IMG/VR virus record: IMGVR_UViG_3300046740_000358 | Coordinates: 11,173-75,172 of that record | From: a virus | Length of the DNA: 64,000 bases | Strand: one strand, 5' to 3' | Shown here: positions 55,842 to 64,000 of the stretch, one piece after another | How the letters are laid out: every line of letters begins with the position of its first letter | Position numbering within the stretch: position 1 is the stretch's first letter | Program-made: the position numbers and the translations under genes | Notes under the pieces: generated by a model | Told to the model about the DNA's origin: nothing | The model's database searches: none | The model's input: only the letters and a program-made list of their open reading frames with translations

Positions 55842-56701
55842 TTTGACATGGCCACTTGGGCAGCCAGGGCGGAGGTCATGAAAAAGAGTTCCTTCACCTT
55901 GCCCCGCTTGGCGGTGTCGGAGTTGATGCTCCGCGCGGCCATGATGCTCTCGACCGCGGCCCCGTCGTAAAGTTGGCGGGCAAGGTCCACGTTGGCGTTG
56001 CAGGCCAGCGCCGACACGCCCGCTCGGTCGATGCGCGCGAACTCGGCCGCCAACCGCTGCTGGTCCTCGAGCACGAAGCCTCCCTTGGTGTACGACGTGA
56101 ATGACGCCGTTTTGCTGACCGGGAAGTACGGCGGATCCCATACGATCGCGTCGCCGAGGCGGGCCTTGCGCGTGACGTCGGCGAAGTCCGCGCAGACGAT
56201 CGTGACCTTCCTATCGTTCAGGACCTGGGCGCACGCCTTCAGCCGGGCCGGCGAGACGAATATCTCCATCTTCGCGTTGTCGCCATAAGGGATGTTCATC
56301 TCCCCCGCGGCGTTCACACGCCACATGCCGTTGAACCCGGCCTTGTTCAGGAAGATGTACCGCGCCCCCCTGGCCTCGTCGGTCATCTTCCCCGTCCGCT
56401 GGGCCCGCACCCGGAGGTAGTGGGACTTGCTGTGCCGGTGGCGGGCGAGCTCGCGCAGCACCCCCACATGGTTCCGCTGGATGGCGAGCCACGTCCGGAT
56501 CAACTCCTCATTCGCGTCCGCCAGCACCGCCGACCGGAAGCGCCCCGCCTGCGCGAGGGCCCAGAACAGCGCCCCCCCGCCCACGAACGGCTCGTAATAG
56601 GTCGCGATGGTCGCCGGCATCAACTCCAGCAGCCGCCAGACGCAATGGCCCTTTCCCCCCGTCGCCTTGATGAAGGGCGCGGCCTTCGATTCAGTCCCCA
56701 T
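55838..56701 (-). CDS. dam: DNA adenine methyltransferase (Dam/D12 class)
   Basis: GGK, YYEPFVGGGA, DANEELI, LNKAGFNGMWRVN and WDPPY. Confidence 0.9.
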   Translation of the reverse strand: MGTESKAAPFIKATGGKGHCVWRLLELMPATIATYYEPFVGGGALFWALAQAGRFRSAVLADANEELIRTWLAIQRNHVGVLRELARHRHSKSHYLRVRAQRTGKMTDEARGARYIFLNKAGFNGMWRVNAAGEMNIPYGDNAKMEIFVSPARLKACAQVLNDRKVTIVCADFADVTRKARLGDAIVWDPPYFPVSKTASFTSYTKGGFVLEDQQRLAAEFARIDRAGVSALACNANVDLARQLYDGAAVESIMAARSINSDTAKRGKVKELFFMTSALAAQVAMSK

Positions 56702-56709
56702 GCAGATAC

Positions 56710-59700
56710 CTATCGGCCCGGCGGGGGATATTCGATCGGAGTTTCTTCGGAATTCGACGACGGCGCCTCCGCCGTCCCGCCCGCCTTGGGCGCTGGCGTG
56801 CCGTCGCACATGCCTCGCGATGCTTGTACGTTCCTGCGGGCAGTGTCTTCCCAAAACCAGTACCACCACGCCATGCACCGTTCCCGTTCCTCCTCCACCG
56901 CCTCGGCCACGCGGGTATCAATCTGCGCCGTCCGCTCGCCCGCCCGTGAGGTCCATTCCGCCAAGTCATGCTCCAGCCGCTCCGCCGTCGAGTGAGCAAT
57001 CTTGGCCGCCTGTTCGTGGTCGCGCGCCTCGCGTTCAAGTAGGGCGACCTTGCGGGTCAGTTCGTCGTTCGACACTTCGAGACCATGGATGATGGCGTCG
57101 CGGGTGGTCAGCTGCGACTCAAGAATACCGATCGTGTCGTCGAGTTGCTGCGCCCCTTCCTCAGCGAAGTTCAGTCGGTCGGCGATGTCAGCGAATTGTC
57201 GCCTCGCTTCGTCGCGTTCGTCCGTGAGACCGGCGACGCGTTCACGAAACTCCTTCGTAACCTTGAAGTCGGCTTCACGTTGGCGGTCGGCCGCGTTCGC
57301 GTCGTCGTCGCGGCCTTGCTCCTCGGCTTCAAGTTGAGCCTCCAACCCGGCCGTGCGCTCCGTGAGACTGGCGACGCGGGCTTCGAGGGTGGCGAATTGC
57401 TCCCTGGCCTCACTGAGCGGCGTGGGGTGTCCAAGGTCCTGGTCGCACTCGGAATAGCCGCAGCGTCCGCCGCACTGGCACGGCGCAACGGGCGTGGCGG
57501 CTATAGCGTGAACGGCTCGTCCATCAGCGATCTTGGAACCCGTCGGACCTTCCGTAGATACGCGAGCACCTGCCGTATGGCTTTCAGGTCCCGAAGCATT
57601 CGCGCCTTCTCTTTCTTGGTCATTGGGTCCTTTCGCGGGCGTGGCGGCTGGCTCGGCGATGGGCGCATCCTTCGCGAGTCCACCAAATCGCATCGAACCC
57701 ATGCCGCCCACGTCGCGTGACTTGCGCTCCTCAAGGATTCGAGGCGCGACGCGAGCGCGGGCGGCGATTAGATCGGCCTCTACTCGGAGATATCCTCGAA
57801 CTTCAAGAGGTAGTGCTTCTTCGGAATGAAGACCCCGTGAGCGCCCTGGTTCGTTATGGACATCTCGATCTTTCCGCTCGGTGTCGCCTCCGACCATGAG
57901 GCATTCCCCGGGCCGCTCGCCGCCGTGAACTCCACCACCTCCTGGTTGTACTCGTTCTTCTTCACGCTCGTGCATCGGAACTTCGCCTGAATCGTCATCT
58001 TCGGTCCTTTCTGTTGGTCGTTGTTCGGTCGGTTGCGAATCTACCGGCGCGCTCGGCTCGGCGATGGGCTCCAAGATGTCGAAGCACCCAGCGTTCCACC
58101 ACGGCACGAATGCTGGCGACCTATGCGCCCAATTCACCTGCATTGGTGCGTCCATCGGACGATCTTCGCGCCGGTCGCGCGGCTGCCCTCCGACGAGCCT
58201 AGCCAGCACGATCCACGTCCCCCTCGGCGGGACCTCAACCCCCGGCCCGCTCCTCCCGACCACGCGGTGACCAGCCGGCGCGCTCGGCTCGGCTGCCTGC
58301 TTTTTACAGTTGCACCACTCCGGGCGAGTCTCGCCGCAGTTTGCGCACCTCGGCTGCTCGGCTGCCTGCTGGACCGGGGCGTCCTTCGCTTCGTTTCGCG
58401 CCCGGGTTCGGCAGAACTCGGTGCAGAAACATGGGTGCTCGTCTCCGCTATTTTCCGGCTTGAAGCAGGCTGCCCATTTCTCCCCGCCGCGCCCGGTGCA
58501 GTGGCGGTCGCCCGAGACGCCAACCTTCCCGCACCCATCCTTGCACGGCCCGCTCGGGTTGAACCCATCGGCCCATCGGCCGTCGGCGTGGCGGACGATG
58601 CGATAATGCGCGCGGTGAAATCGTTTCTCGCCGGCCAGTCGAACGGGGTCCTCGGTGCCTGTCGCCCAGCGACGAACAGACCCCGCACGACAACGCTTCG
58701 ACCACGAGGCAACGACCGTGCCCGCATCTGGCTCATCACGTCCGACGACCTCCGGAACTTCCCCCGTCGGCACGAACCGCGACCAGTCGACCTCCTCGGC
58801 GGGCTGGACGGGGACCAGCGCGCCCATCTCGACGGCGTGACGAGGGCAGGCGGCGCGTTCGTTGTTGGAATGCATGTAGGGCGAAGCGGCCACGCAGTCA
58901 GCGCGGCCCGTTCCCGTGCCTTGGTCGTATCCGTGGAAACACTTCCAGTGGTACGGGGATTGAAGGCGCCACCCCTCGCCCAAAACGAACCCATCGGGCA
59001 CGCCGCCAGTCGACGGGGGCTCCGGGCGATCGCACTTCATGGCGGCCCGGCGCTTCTGGATACGGTACCACTCTTCGGTTCCGTAGTGCGGGCGATACGA
59101 GCAATTCCCGGCGACGCATCCTTGCTCGGGCGTCGACCTGAGTGGCCAACCGCAGATTTCGCACTTGAACGGTTGCTCGGCTGCCTTCGTCTCGACTGCG
59201 CACCAGCCACAACCGGGGCACTTCGGTTGCTCGGCTGCCTGCTGGACATGCCCGAACCCATCGCACGGGCACCCCGAATCGCCGTCGCCCATGCAAGGCC
59301 CATTGCCCGCCTGGGAATGGTCGAATCTGTAGTGAGAACAGAATGCGCACGCTGCCCTGGCCGGCTCGGCTGCCTGCTGGACCGGGACCAGGGCGCCCAT
59401 TTCGACGGCGTGAGCGGCGCAGGCTCCGTGGACGCTGGTCCAGGCCGTCGCGGCTTTGCCGCAGTAGTATCGCGCTGGAAGATCTACGACGAATCCACAT
59501 ACCTGCGTATATCCAAGGCCCGCCTCCCACCCGCTTCCCAAGACGAACCCATCGGGCACGCCGCCAGCCGACGTGGGTTCCTTTTCCGGTGTCGTCGGTT
59601 GCTCCTTGGTAATCTCCCATGTCCTGCCGTCGATAGAACGGGCGTGGCAACCGGCGCAGACGATGAATATGCCGTCCTGTCGATGGACCGACGGGGGCTC

Positions 59701-60444
59701 CGGGCGAGACGGGGCGGGGGGATGCCAACTACACACGTAGCCTTCGCCGGGGTGACGGGCGACTTTCTGACAACCGGGGCACGGCTCTCCGGGGTGCTGC
59801 GGATGGTCGGGCATCGCCAACGCCGGCTCGACCTTGGGAGACGAGGCGGGCGTGTTCTTGAACCCGGGTAGGAACTGAACTCCGACGGTGTGCTCGACAG
59901 CCGGCCGCCACGTCAGTCCGCAGTTCTGGCACGAGTGCGTGTGGTGTGGCTTCGTCGCGAATTCCCCTTCGTCGATATGAAGCGTGCTGCACGTCGGGCA
60001 CGGGATACGCATCGGTATCGCCGAGGGCTTCGCCTGCTCGACCTTGGGCTCGGCGGGGCGGATACAGACGCCAGCGTCGCGACATTCCTTCGACGTGAAG
60101 TGCTGGCGCCGCGCCGTACGAAAGCACCTGGTCGGAAATTGGCAGTAATGCCCGTTCATCTCCAGGTCTTCGGTGTCGAGACGGCTCCCGCATTCCGGCG
60201 AGCACGTCGCCCCCGTCGTCGGTTGCGGCGGGTCGACCCGCGCGAGCCTAGACGTTTCCGCGCTGACGCGGTCAAGCAGCCGGTCAACTCTCGCCAGGTC
60301 ATACGGCTCACCCCCCGCGTCTCGCTTCGGGAGCGCCGCGAGGAAGGCGCTCACTGTCGCCCAGTTGACGTCTACCCACGCTGAGCCAACCGCGCGTAAT
60401 AGCGCCGCCTTGAAGTCGTCCACGCTGTACCGTCGGTCATTCAT
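56710..60444 (-). CDS. 1244-aa mosaic protein of Cys/His-rich modules with C-terminal coiled coil
   Basis: AGGAG RBS before MNDRR; repeated linkers QQAAEQP, GGVPDGFVLG, HAVEMGALVPVQ, RPEPPS, PKVE, PIAEP and AATP. Confidence 0.7.
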   Translation of the reverse strand: MNDRRYSVDDFKAALLRAVGSAWVDVNWATVSAFLAALPKRDAGGEPYDLARVDRLLDRVSAETSRLARVDPPQPTTGATCSPECGSRLDTEDLEMNGHYCQFPTRCFRTARRQHFTSKECRDAGVCIRPAEPKVEQAKPSAIPMRIPCPTCSTLHIDEGEFATKPHHTHSCQNCGLTWRPAVEHTVGVQFLPGFKNTPASSPKVEPALAMPDHPQHPGEPCPGCQKVARHPGEGYVCSWHPPAPSRPEPPSVHRQDGIFIVCAGCHARSIDGRTWEITKEQPTTPEKEPTSAGGVPDGFVLGSGWEAGLGYTQVCGFVVDLPARYYCGKAATAWTSVHGACAAHAVEMGALVPVQQAAEPARAACAFCSHYRFDHSQAGNGPCMGDGDSGCPCDGFGHVQQAAEQPKCPGCGWCAVETKAAEQPFKCEICGWPLRSTPEQGCVAGNCSYRPHYGTEEWYRIQKRRAAMKCDRPEPPSTGGVPDGFVLGEGWRLQSPYHWKCFHGYDQGTGTGRADCVAASPYMHSNNERAACPRHAVEMGALVPVQPAEEVDWSRFVPTGEVPEVVGRDEPDAGTVVASWSKRCRAGSVRRWATGTEDPVRLAGEKRFHRAHYRIVRHADGRWADGFNPSGPCKDGCGKVGVSGDRHCTGRGGEKWAACFKPENSGDEHPCFCTEFCRTRARNEAKDAPVQQAAEQPRCANCGETRPEWCNCKKQAAEPSAPAGHRVVGRSGPGVEVPPRGTWIVLARLVGGQPRDRREDRPMDAPMQVNWAHRSPAFVPWWNAGCFDILEPIAEPSAPVDSQPTEQRPTERTEDDDSGEVPMHEREEERVQPGGGGVHGGERPGECLMVGGDTERKDRDVHNEPGRSRGLHSEEALPLEVRGYLRVEADLIAARARVAPRILEERKSRDVGGMGSMRFGGLAKDAPIAEPAATPAKGPNDQEREGANASGPESHTAGARVSTEGPTGSKIADGRAVHAIAATPVAPCQCGGRCGYSECDQDLGHPTPLSEAREQFATLEARVASLTERTAGLEAQLEAEEQGRDDDANAADRQREADFKVTKEFRERVAGLTDERDEARRQFADIADRLNFAEEGAQQLDDTIGILESQLTTRDAIIHGLEVSNDELTRKVALLEREARDHEQAAKIAHSTAERLEHDLAEWTSRAGERTAQIDTRVAEAVEEERERCMAWWYWFWEDTARRNVQASRGMCDGTPAPKAGGTAEAPSSNSEETPIEYPPPGR
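57501..57623 (-). CDS. nested 40-aa ORF in alternative frame
   Basis: GAAAGGA RBS; MTKKEKARMLRDLKAIRQVLAYL; bounded by 14-bp direct repeats. Confidence 0.5.
   Translation of the reverse strand: MTKKEKARMLRDLKAIRQVLAYLRKVRRVPRSLMDEPFTL
57780..57998 (-). CDS. nested 72-aa phage-type protein in alternative frame
   Basis: GAAAGGA RBS; AKFRC..ATPSGKIEMSITN..F..K.Y..F, a motif I recall from stand-alone phage genes. Confidence 0.65.
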   Translation of the reverse strand: MTIQAKFRCTSVKKNEYNQEVVEFTAASGPGNASWSEATPSGKIEMSITNQGAHGVFIPKKHYLLKFEDISE

Positions 60445-60568
60445 CGGTCTTCTCCTGCTTTCTTGCTTTCTTGCTCTGTCGTTTCCGCCACAATCCGACG
60501 AACACCGCTGGCAGCGCGACCAGCAGAAACAGCGCCGGGAACGCGGCGCAGGCGACGATTTCACTCAT
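60437..60568 (-). CDS. 43-aa membrane peptide
   Basis: MSEIVACAAFPALFLLVALPAVFVGLWRKR; overlaps the 60444 start. Confidence 0.45.
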   Translation of the reverse strand: MSEIVACAAFPALFLLVALPAVFVGLWRKRQSKKARKQEKTDE

Positions 60569-62812
60569 CGGTCGTCCCCTTGTCGCTCGCGTCGGCCAGG
60601 AAGGTCGACGTGTCAATTTCTATTGTCGTCATTCCCGCGTTGAACCGCCATCGATACAGCAGCCCGCGCGCCGCTTCCAACTTCACCGCGAGCGCTCCGT
60701 GCGCAAGGGCAAAGATGTCCCGTTCGGCCTTCGCGGCGGCGAGATCGTCGGCGAGTCGAACGATGACGTTCGACACCACCTCGTGCCGCCACTCCCAATC
60801 CTCGCGCAGGCCCTCGCGTGCGGAAGTGACAACGGCGGAAACAAGTCCAGGGTCCTCGTCCGTCGGGCGGCTCATCGCGCACCGCCGAATCGAATCTCAT
60901 ACGTCCCGTTGTGCATCGACGCGGCGACCACGCCCCAGAAGTACCCGCACATCCACTCCCAACTCACCTCCCACCCCGCGACCAAACGCCGAACGGGCCG
61001 ATCTCCCATCGCTTCGTCGTGCTCATTTCGCTGCCCTCGCCTTCGCCAGTGATACGCCCTCCGGGTGCCCCTTCTTTCGCGAACCGTAGAACACGCGCCG
61101 CTTTCGCATCGGCATCGCGGCCAGTTCCTTGGCGACGCCAGGGTCGGATATCGACAGCATCGAAGAACGGGCGCTCTCCATGGACCGAACGGCTGCGCGC
61201 TTCTGCGGCCTATCGGACGGCGCCTCTGCCAACGCCGCTGCCAGATCGGGGCTTGCGTACAGGTGACCTCGTGAGTCCATTATCGTTTCGCCTTTCCCGC
61301 CCCGGGGCGCTTCGTGGGTTTCGTTGCCTGGTCGATGGTCGTGATGGCCTGGTGCCACCAGTCCCCCGTCTCGAATCCCTTCTTCGACCGGAAGTAGCGG
61401 TTCAGTTCCCGCAGCGCAGGCGCGATGGTGCGGCGGATTCGACGGCGCTCATCGTCGATGCCCACCACGAATCCCTCCGCGTAGTCGGGGCCTTCTTCCG
61501 CGCGGAGGCCCGCGACCAAGTCGCGTCGGCGCTTGTCGTCGCTCATTTCGTCCTGGCCTTTCTCGCGTTGACGTGGTCGACGTTCGCGACCTCGCATCGG
61601 CTGTTTTTGTCATCCCAGACGCTCAGCGGACCGCCCCATGCAAACTGGTTGAAGTGCTGCCCTGTCTCGCCGCTGTCACGGCACTTAAACCGAAAGTGGC
61701 CATCGCCAAGCGGCGCGAAGTCGATCAAGTGAACCGGACGAGGAGCGAGCTTCATCATCTCGCCTTTCTCGCCCCGGGGCGCTTCGTGGGTTTCGTTGCC
61801 TTGCAAACGAACGCGCGGCACGATGGGGCGCCGCAGTGAAAATGTTCAAGAGGAAAATCGAACGGACGTTTGCAGTTAGGGCACGTCTCGCGGTCCGGTT
61901 GCTTCGCCGGGCGCTTCGTGGGTTTGGTTGCCGAGTCGATGGCGTCCATCAGGGCGACCACTGCGGGGTAGGCGCGGTTCCAGGGTCGCTTGCTGTCTGC
62001 GGCTCCCCTCGCATTCCCCAGCGCGGGCGCGATGGCGAGGCGGATTTCCTTGGTGGCCTCCTTGCGGCCGTGCGCCACGCCTTCGTCGAAATGCGCCTTC
62101 TTCCATCGGCTGTACGACTCGGCGTTGAACGGCTTGTTGTCGAGGTTGCGCAGGTCGGTCGGAATTGTCGTGGACGTCATCCCGCAGAGGCAACTCGGAA
62201 TGGACAGTCCCGGCTCCCTCGGACGCTCGCCGCAAGCGTCGCACCGACCGTGCACGTCGAGGCGCTGGCCGAATGGACCGCGTTCGCATTGCTTCGTTGC
62301 CATCAGCCGCCCTCCTTCGCCCGCGCGTCTATGTTCAGCAGCCAAGCGAGCGCGTCTGCGCATCTGATAACCATTGCCGTTCGCTCGATCGGACAAGGAA
62401 CCGTGCGTGACATGTTGCGCGCCTCCCGTGAAACCTCGGCCCAAATGCCCGCCTCCGCCGCCGCGCGGTCGCCGTCGATGGGCGGGACGGCGGGGCGCCC
62501 GGTATTGCGGCACGCATCGGTATCGAACCACGTAAACGGGCCGCCTCGCTCCAATGGCTCCAGCACGAAGCAATGCTCACCGCGCGGAGGCAACTCGCCG
62601 GTACCGCACCACGGTCTGCATTCTGACTTCGCCGGCTCAGCTAGGCCGCGCTGGCAGAGGGCTTCTATGTAGCCCCAGGCCACGTCGGAGTTATGCGCAA
62701 GAGGAGGCGGAACGACGTCTGACTTCGACCCCCGGTATCGTCGATGCATCCGCGCCGACTCCACATCAGCCAGCAGTTCCTTCAGCGCGAGACGCGCGGG
62801 GTCGGTGCTCAT
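60561..62812 (-). other. chain of small ORFs (60561-60875, 61023-61280, 61280-61546, 61543-61758, 61755-62303, 62303-62812)
   Basis: Coupled junctions; shared ATKPTKRP ends. Confidence 0.55.
61288..61932. repeat. 42-bp direct repeat (61288-61329, 61760-61801; partial 61909-61932) encoding ATKPTKRPG
   Basis: Read directly; one mismatch between the two long copies. Confidence 0.85.
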
Positions 62813-62825
62813 GTCAGTAGCCCTT

Positions 62826-63236
62826 TCATCGTCGCGATCTCCTATTCCCCGCCGACAGGTAGCGAGACGTGGTCTCCGCGATCCACCCATCTTGCAACTC
62901 GCTCCGACCAGCGGCGCCCAACGCATCGAACACGCCGTACCCGCCCCACTTTCCCGTGATGTCCTCGTGGTGGCCGTCGCAGCAAGGTACTGTCGTGTCC
63001 TCGCCCGACTTCATCCCCATGCCCGGTTTCTTGCCAGCGTGGTGGGGAACCACGCGACCGCGGCACGGGCCCCAACCAACGCGGGCGATGCACTCTTGCT
63101 CGCGGCACCAGTCGCGTCGGGCGGTGTCGACGACGGCGATCTTGGTCTTGCTGCGCTGGTTGATGTACTTGCGGCGCTGCTGGCCAGGGCGCATGGGTGG
63201 CTTGCGCGGAAGGGGCTTCGGAAAGGCAGGCGTCAC
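62826..63236 (-). CDS. DUF968/HNH-like Zn-binding protein
   Basis: WCREQEC..VPHHAG..GMGMKS.D.TVPCCDGHH. Confidence 0.65.
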   Translation of the reverse strand: MTPAFPKPLPRKPPMRPGQQRRKYINQRSKTKIAVVDTARRDWCREQECIARVGWGPCRGRVVPHHAGKKPGMGMKSGEDTTVPCCDGHHEDITGKWGGYGVFDALGAAGRSELQDGWIAETTSRYLSAGNRRSRR

Positions 63237-63291
63237 TTGTGCGCCGCCTCTTTCTTCCGCGCCGCCTTCACGGCTGCTTCCTCGGGCGACA

Positions 63292-64000
63292 TCATGACCC
63301 GAACGCCTCCAGTCGCTTGGCGATGTCCTCGATGTCGGCGCACGCTCTGTCAAGCGCCTCCCCGGCCTCGTTCGAGACCAACCGGACGGGGGCGAACTGA
63401 ATCACCTTCTCGCGGATGGCCTGGGCGAACGCCGCCAACTTCTCCCTGTCTGGGCGCAGGGCCTCGGCCCGCTCTCGCTCGGCGATGGCGACCGCTTCGT
63501 CATCCGTCTGCAGGGCAGCGTGCACCACGCCGCACGCCTTGCCGTCCGTGATCGAACGTCCGCAGGATTCACAAGGGATAGCTCGCAGACGGGCGCGCTC
63601 GACGGCGGCCCGTTCTTGCAGGTCGCGCAACGCTGATTCCTGTGCCTCGCGCTCGGTGCGCTCCTTCTCTTCCTTGATCTTGCGCTCCGCCTCGGCCTTC
63701 TCGGCTTCGAACTTCCGCCGGTCCTCGTCGAGCTTCTTTCGCTCGGCGGCCTGGCGCTGCTCCTCTTTCTTGCGGGCCACCTCGAGCTTGGCGCTCTCCT
63801 GGTTGAGGCGGTCCTGCTCGATGCCCTGCAGGCGGGCGGTCTCGGCGATGGCCGCTTCCTGCGCGGCGAGCTCGGCGCGCGTGGCAGCCTCCGCGGCTTC
63901 CCGGGCCTCGCGCTCCACCCGTTCGCGCTCGAGGCGCTCGGCGTTCTCGACCAGGAACTTGGCGTGGGCCTCCTCTTTCTCGATGACCTTGATCGCTTCG
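63292..64000 (-). CDS. coiled-coil protein, 5'-truncated by window edge
   Basis: E/R/A/K-rich heptads; EALRPDREKL. Confidence 0.65.
   Translation of the reverse strand, partial: EAIKVIEKEEAHAKFLVENAERLERERVEREAREAAEAATRAELAAQEAAIAETARLQGIEQDRLNQESAKLEVARKKEEQRQAAERKKLDEDRRKFEAEKAEAERKIKEEKERTEREAQESALRDLQERAAVERARLRAIPCESCGRSITDGKACGVVHAALQTDDEAVAIAERERAEALRPDREKLAAFAQAIREKVIQFAPVRLVSNEAGEALDRACADIEDIAKRLEAFGS

Noticed and set aside
57489-59720. CRISPR array or diversity-generating retroelement in the repeat-rich region
   Set aside because: Repeats are heterogeneous, irregularly spaced and coding; I saw no cas or reverse transcriptase gene and no adenine-specific TR/VR pair.
56710-60564. 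1284-aa start at 60564 given in the ORF track
   Set aside because: The first 40 codons overlap a 43-aa TM peptide in another frame, and an RBS precedes ATG 60444.

Overview
This is a 64-kb segment of a high-GC tailed dsDNA phage with a contractile (myovirus-type) tail. Both window edges cut through genes, so the genome is larger than the window. Almost all genes are on the minus strand. The head-tail-baseplate operon runs from terS/terL (34.0-32.2 kb) through a gpF-like head protein, DUF2213 protease/scaffold, DUF2184 capsid, neck genes, DUF3383 sheath, tube, frameshifted chaperones, tape measure and baseplate genes to a tail fibre at about 9.1 kb. Accessory regions hold C5 and adenine methyltransferases, a RusA-like resolvase, a sigma-like factor, a HerA-like ATPase, a nucleotidyltransferase, an ASCH protein, two glycosyltransferase-like genes, an initiator-type tRNA-Met and many small ORFs. 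I recognised no integrase, DNA polymerase, CRISPR array or clear endolysin. The most unusual observations are: (1) a plus-strand operon with two Lys/Gly-rich peptides both ending GKGGG, followed by a PP-loop (PAPS-reductase-fold) enzyme and a ParB-like protein; (2) a portal gene flipped exactly ATG-to-stop between imperfect inverted repeats; (3) a 1244-aa mosaic ORF built from direct-repeat-bounded modules, two of which are complete RBS-bearing genes read in another frame; (4) a displaced fibre module with 21-aa repeats, a head-operon-like promoter and adjacent glycosyltransferases; (5) many leaderless sigma70-type promoters and six scattered RHH-like regulators. All family assignments come from reading motifs and gene order by eye; no database search was run.
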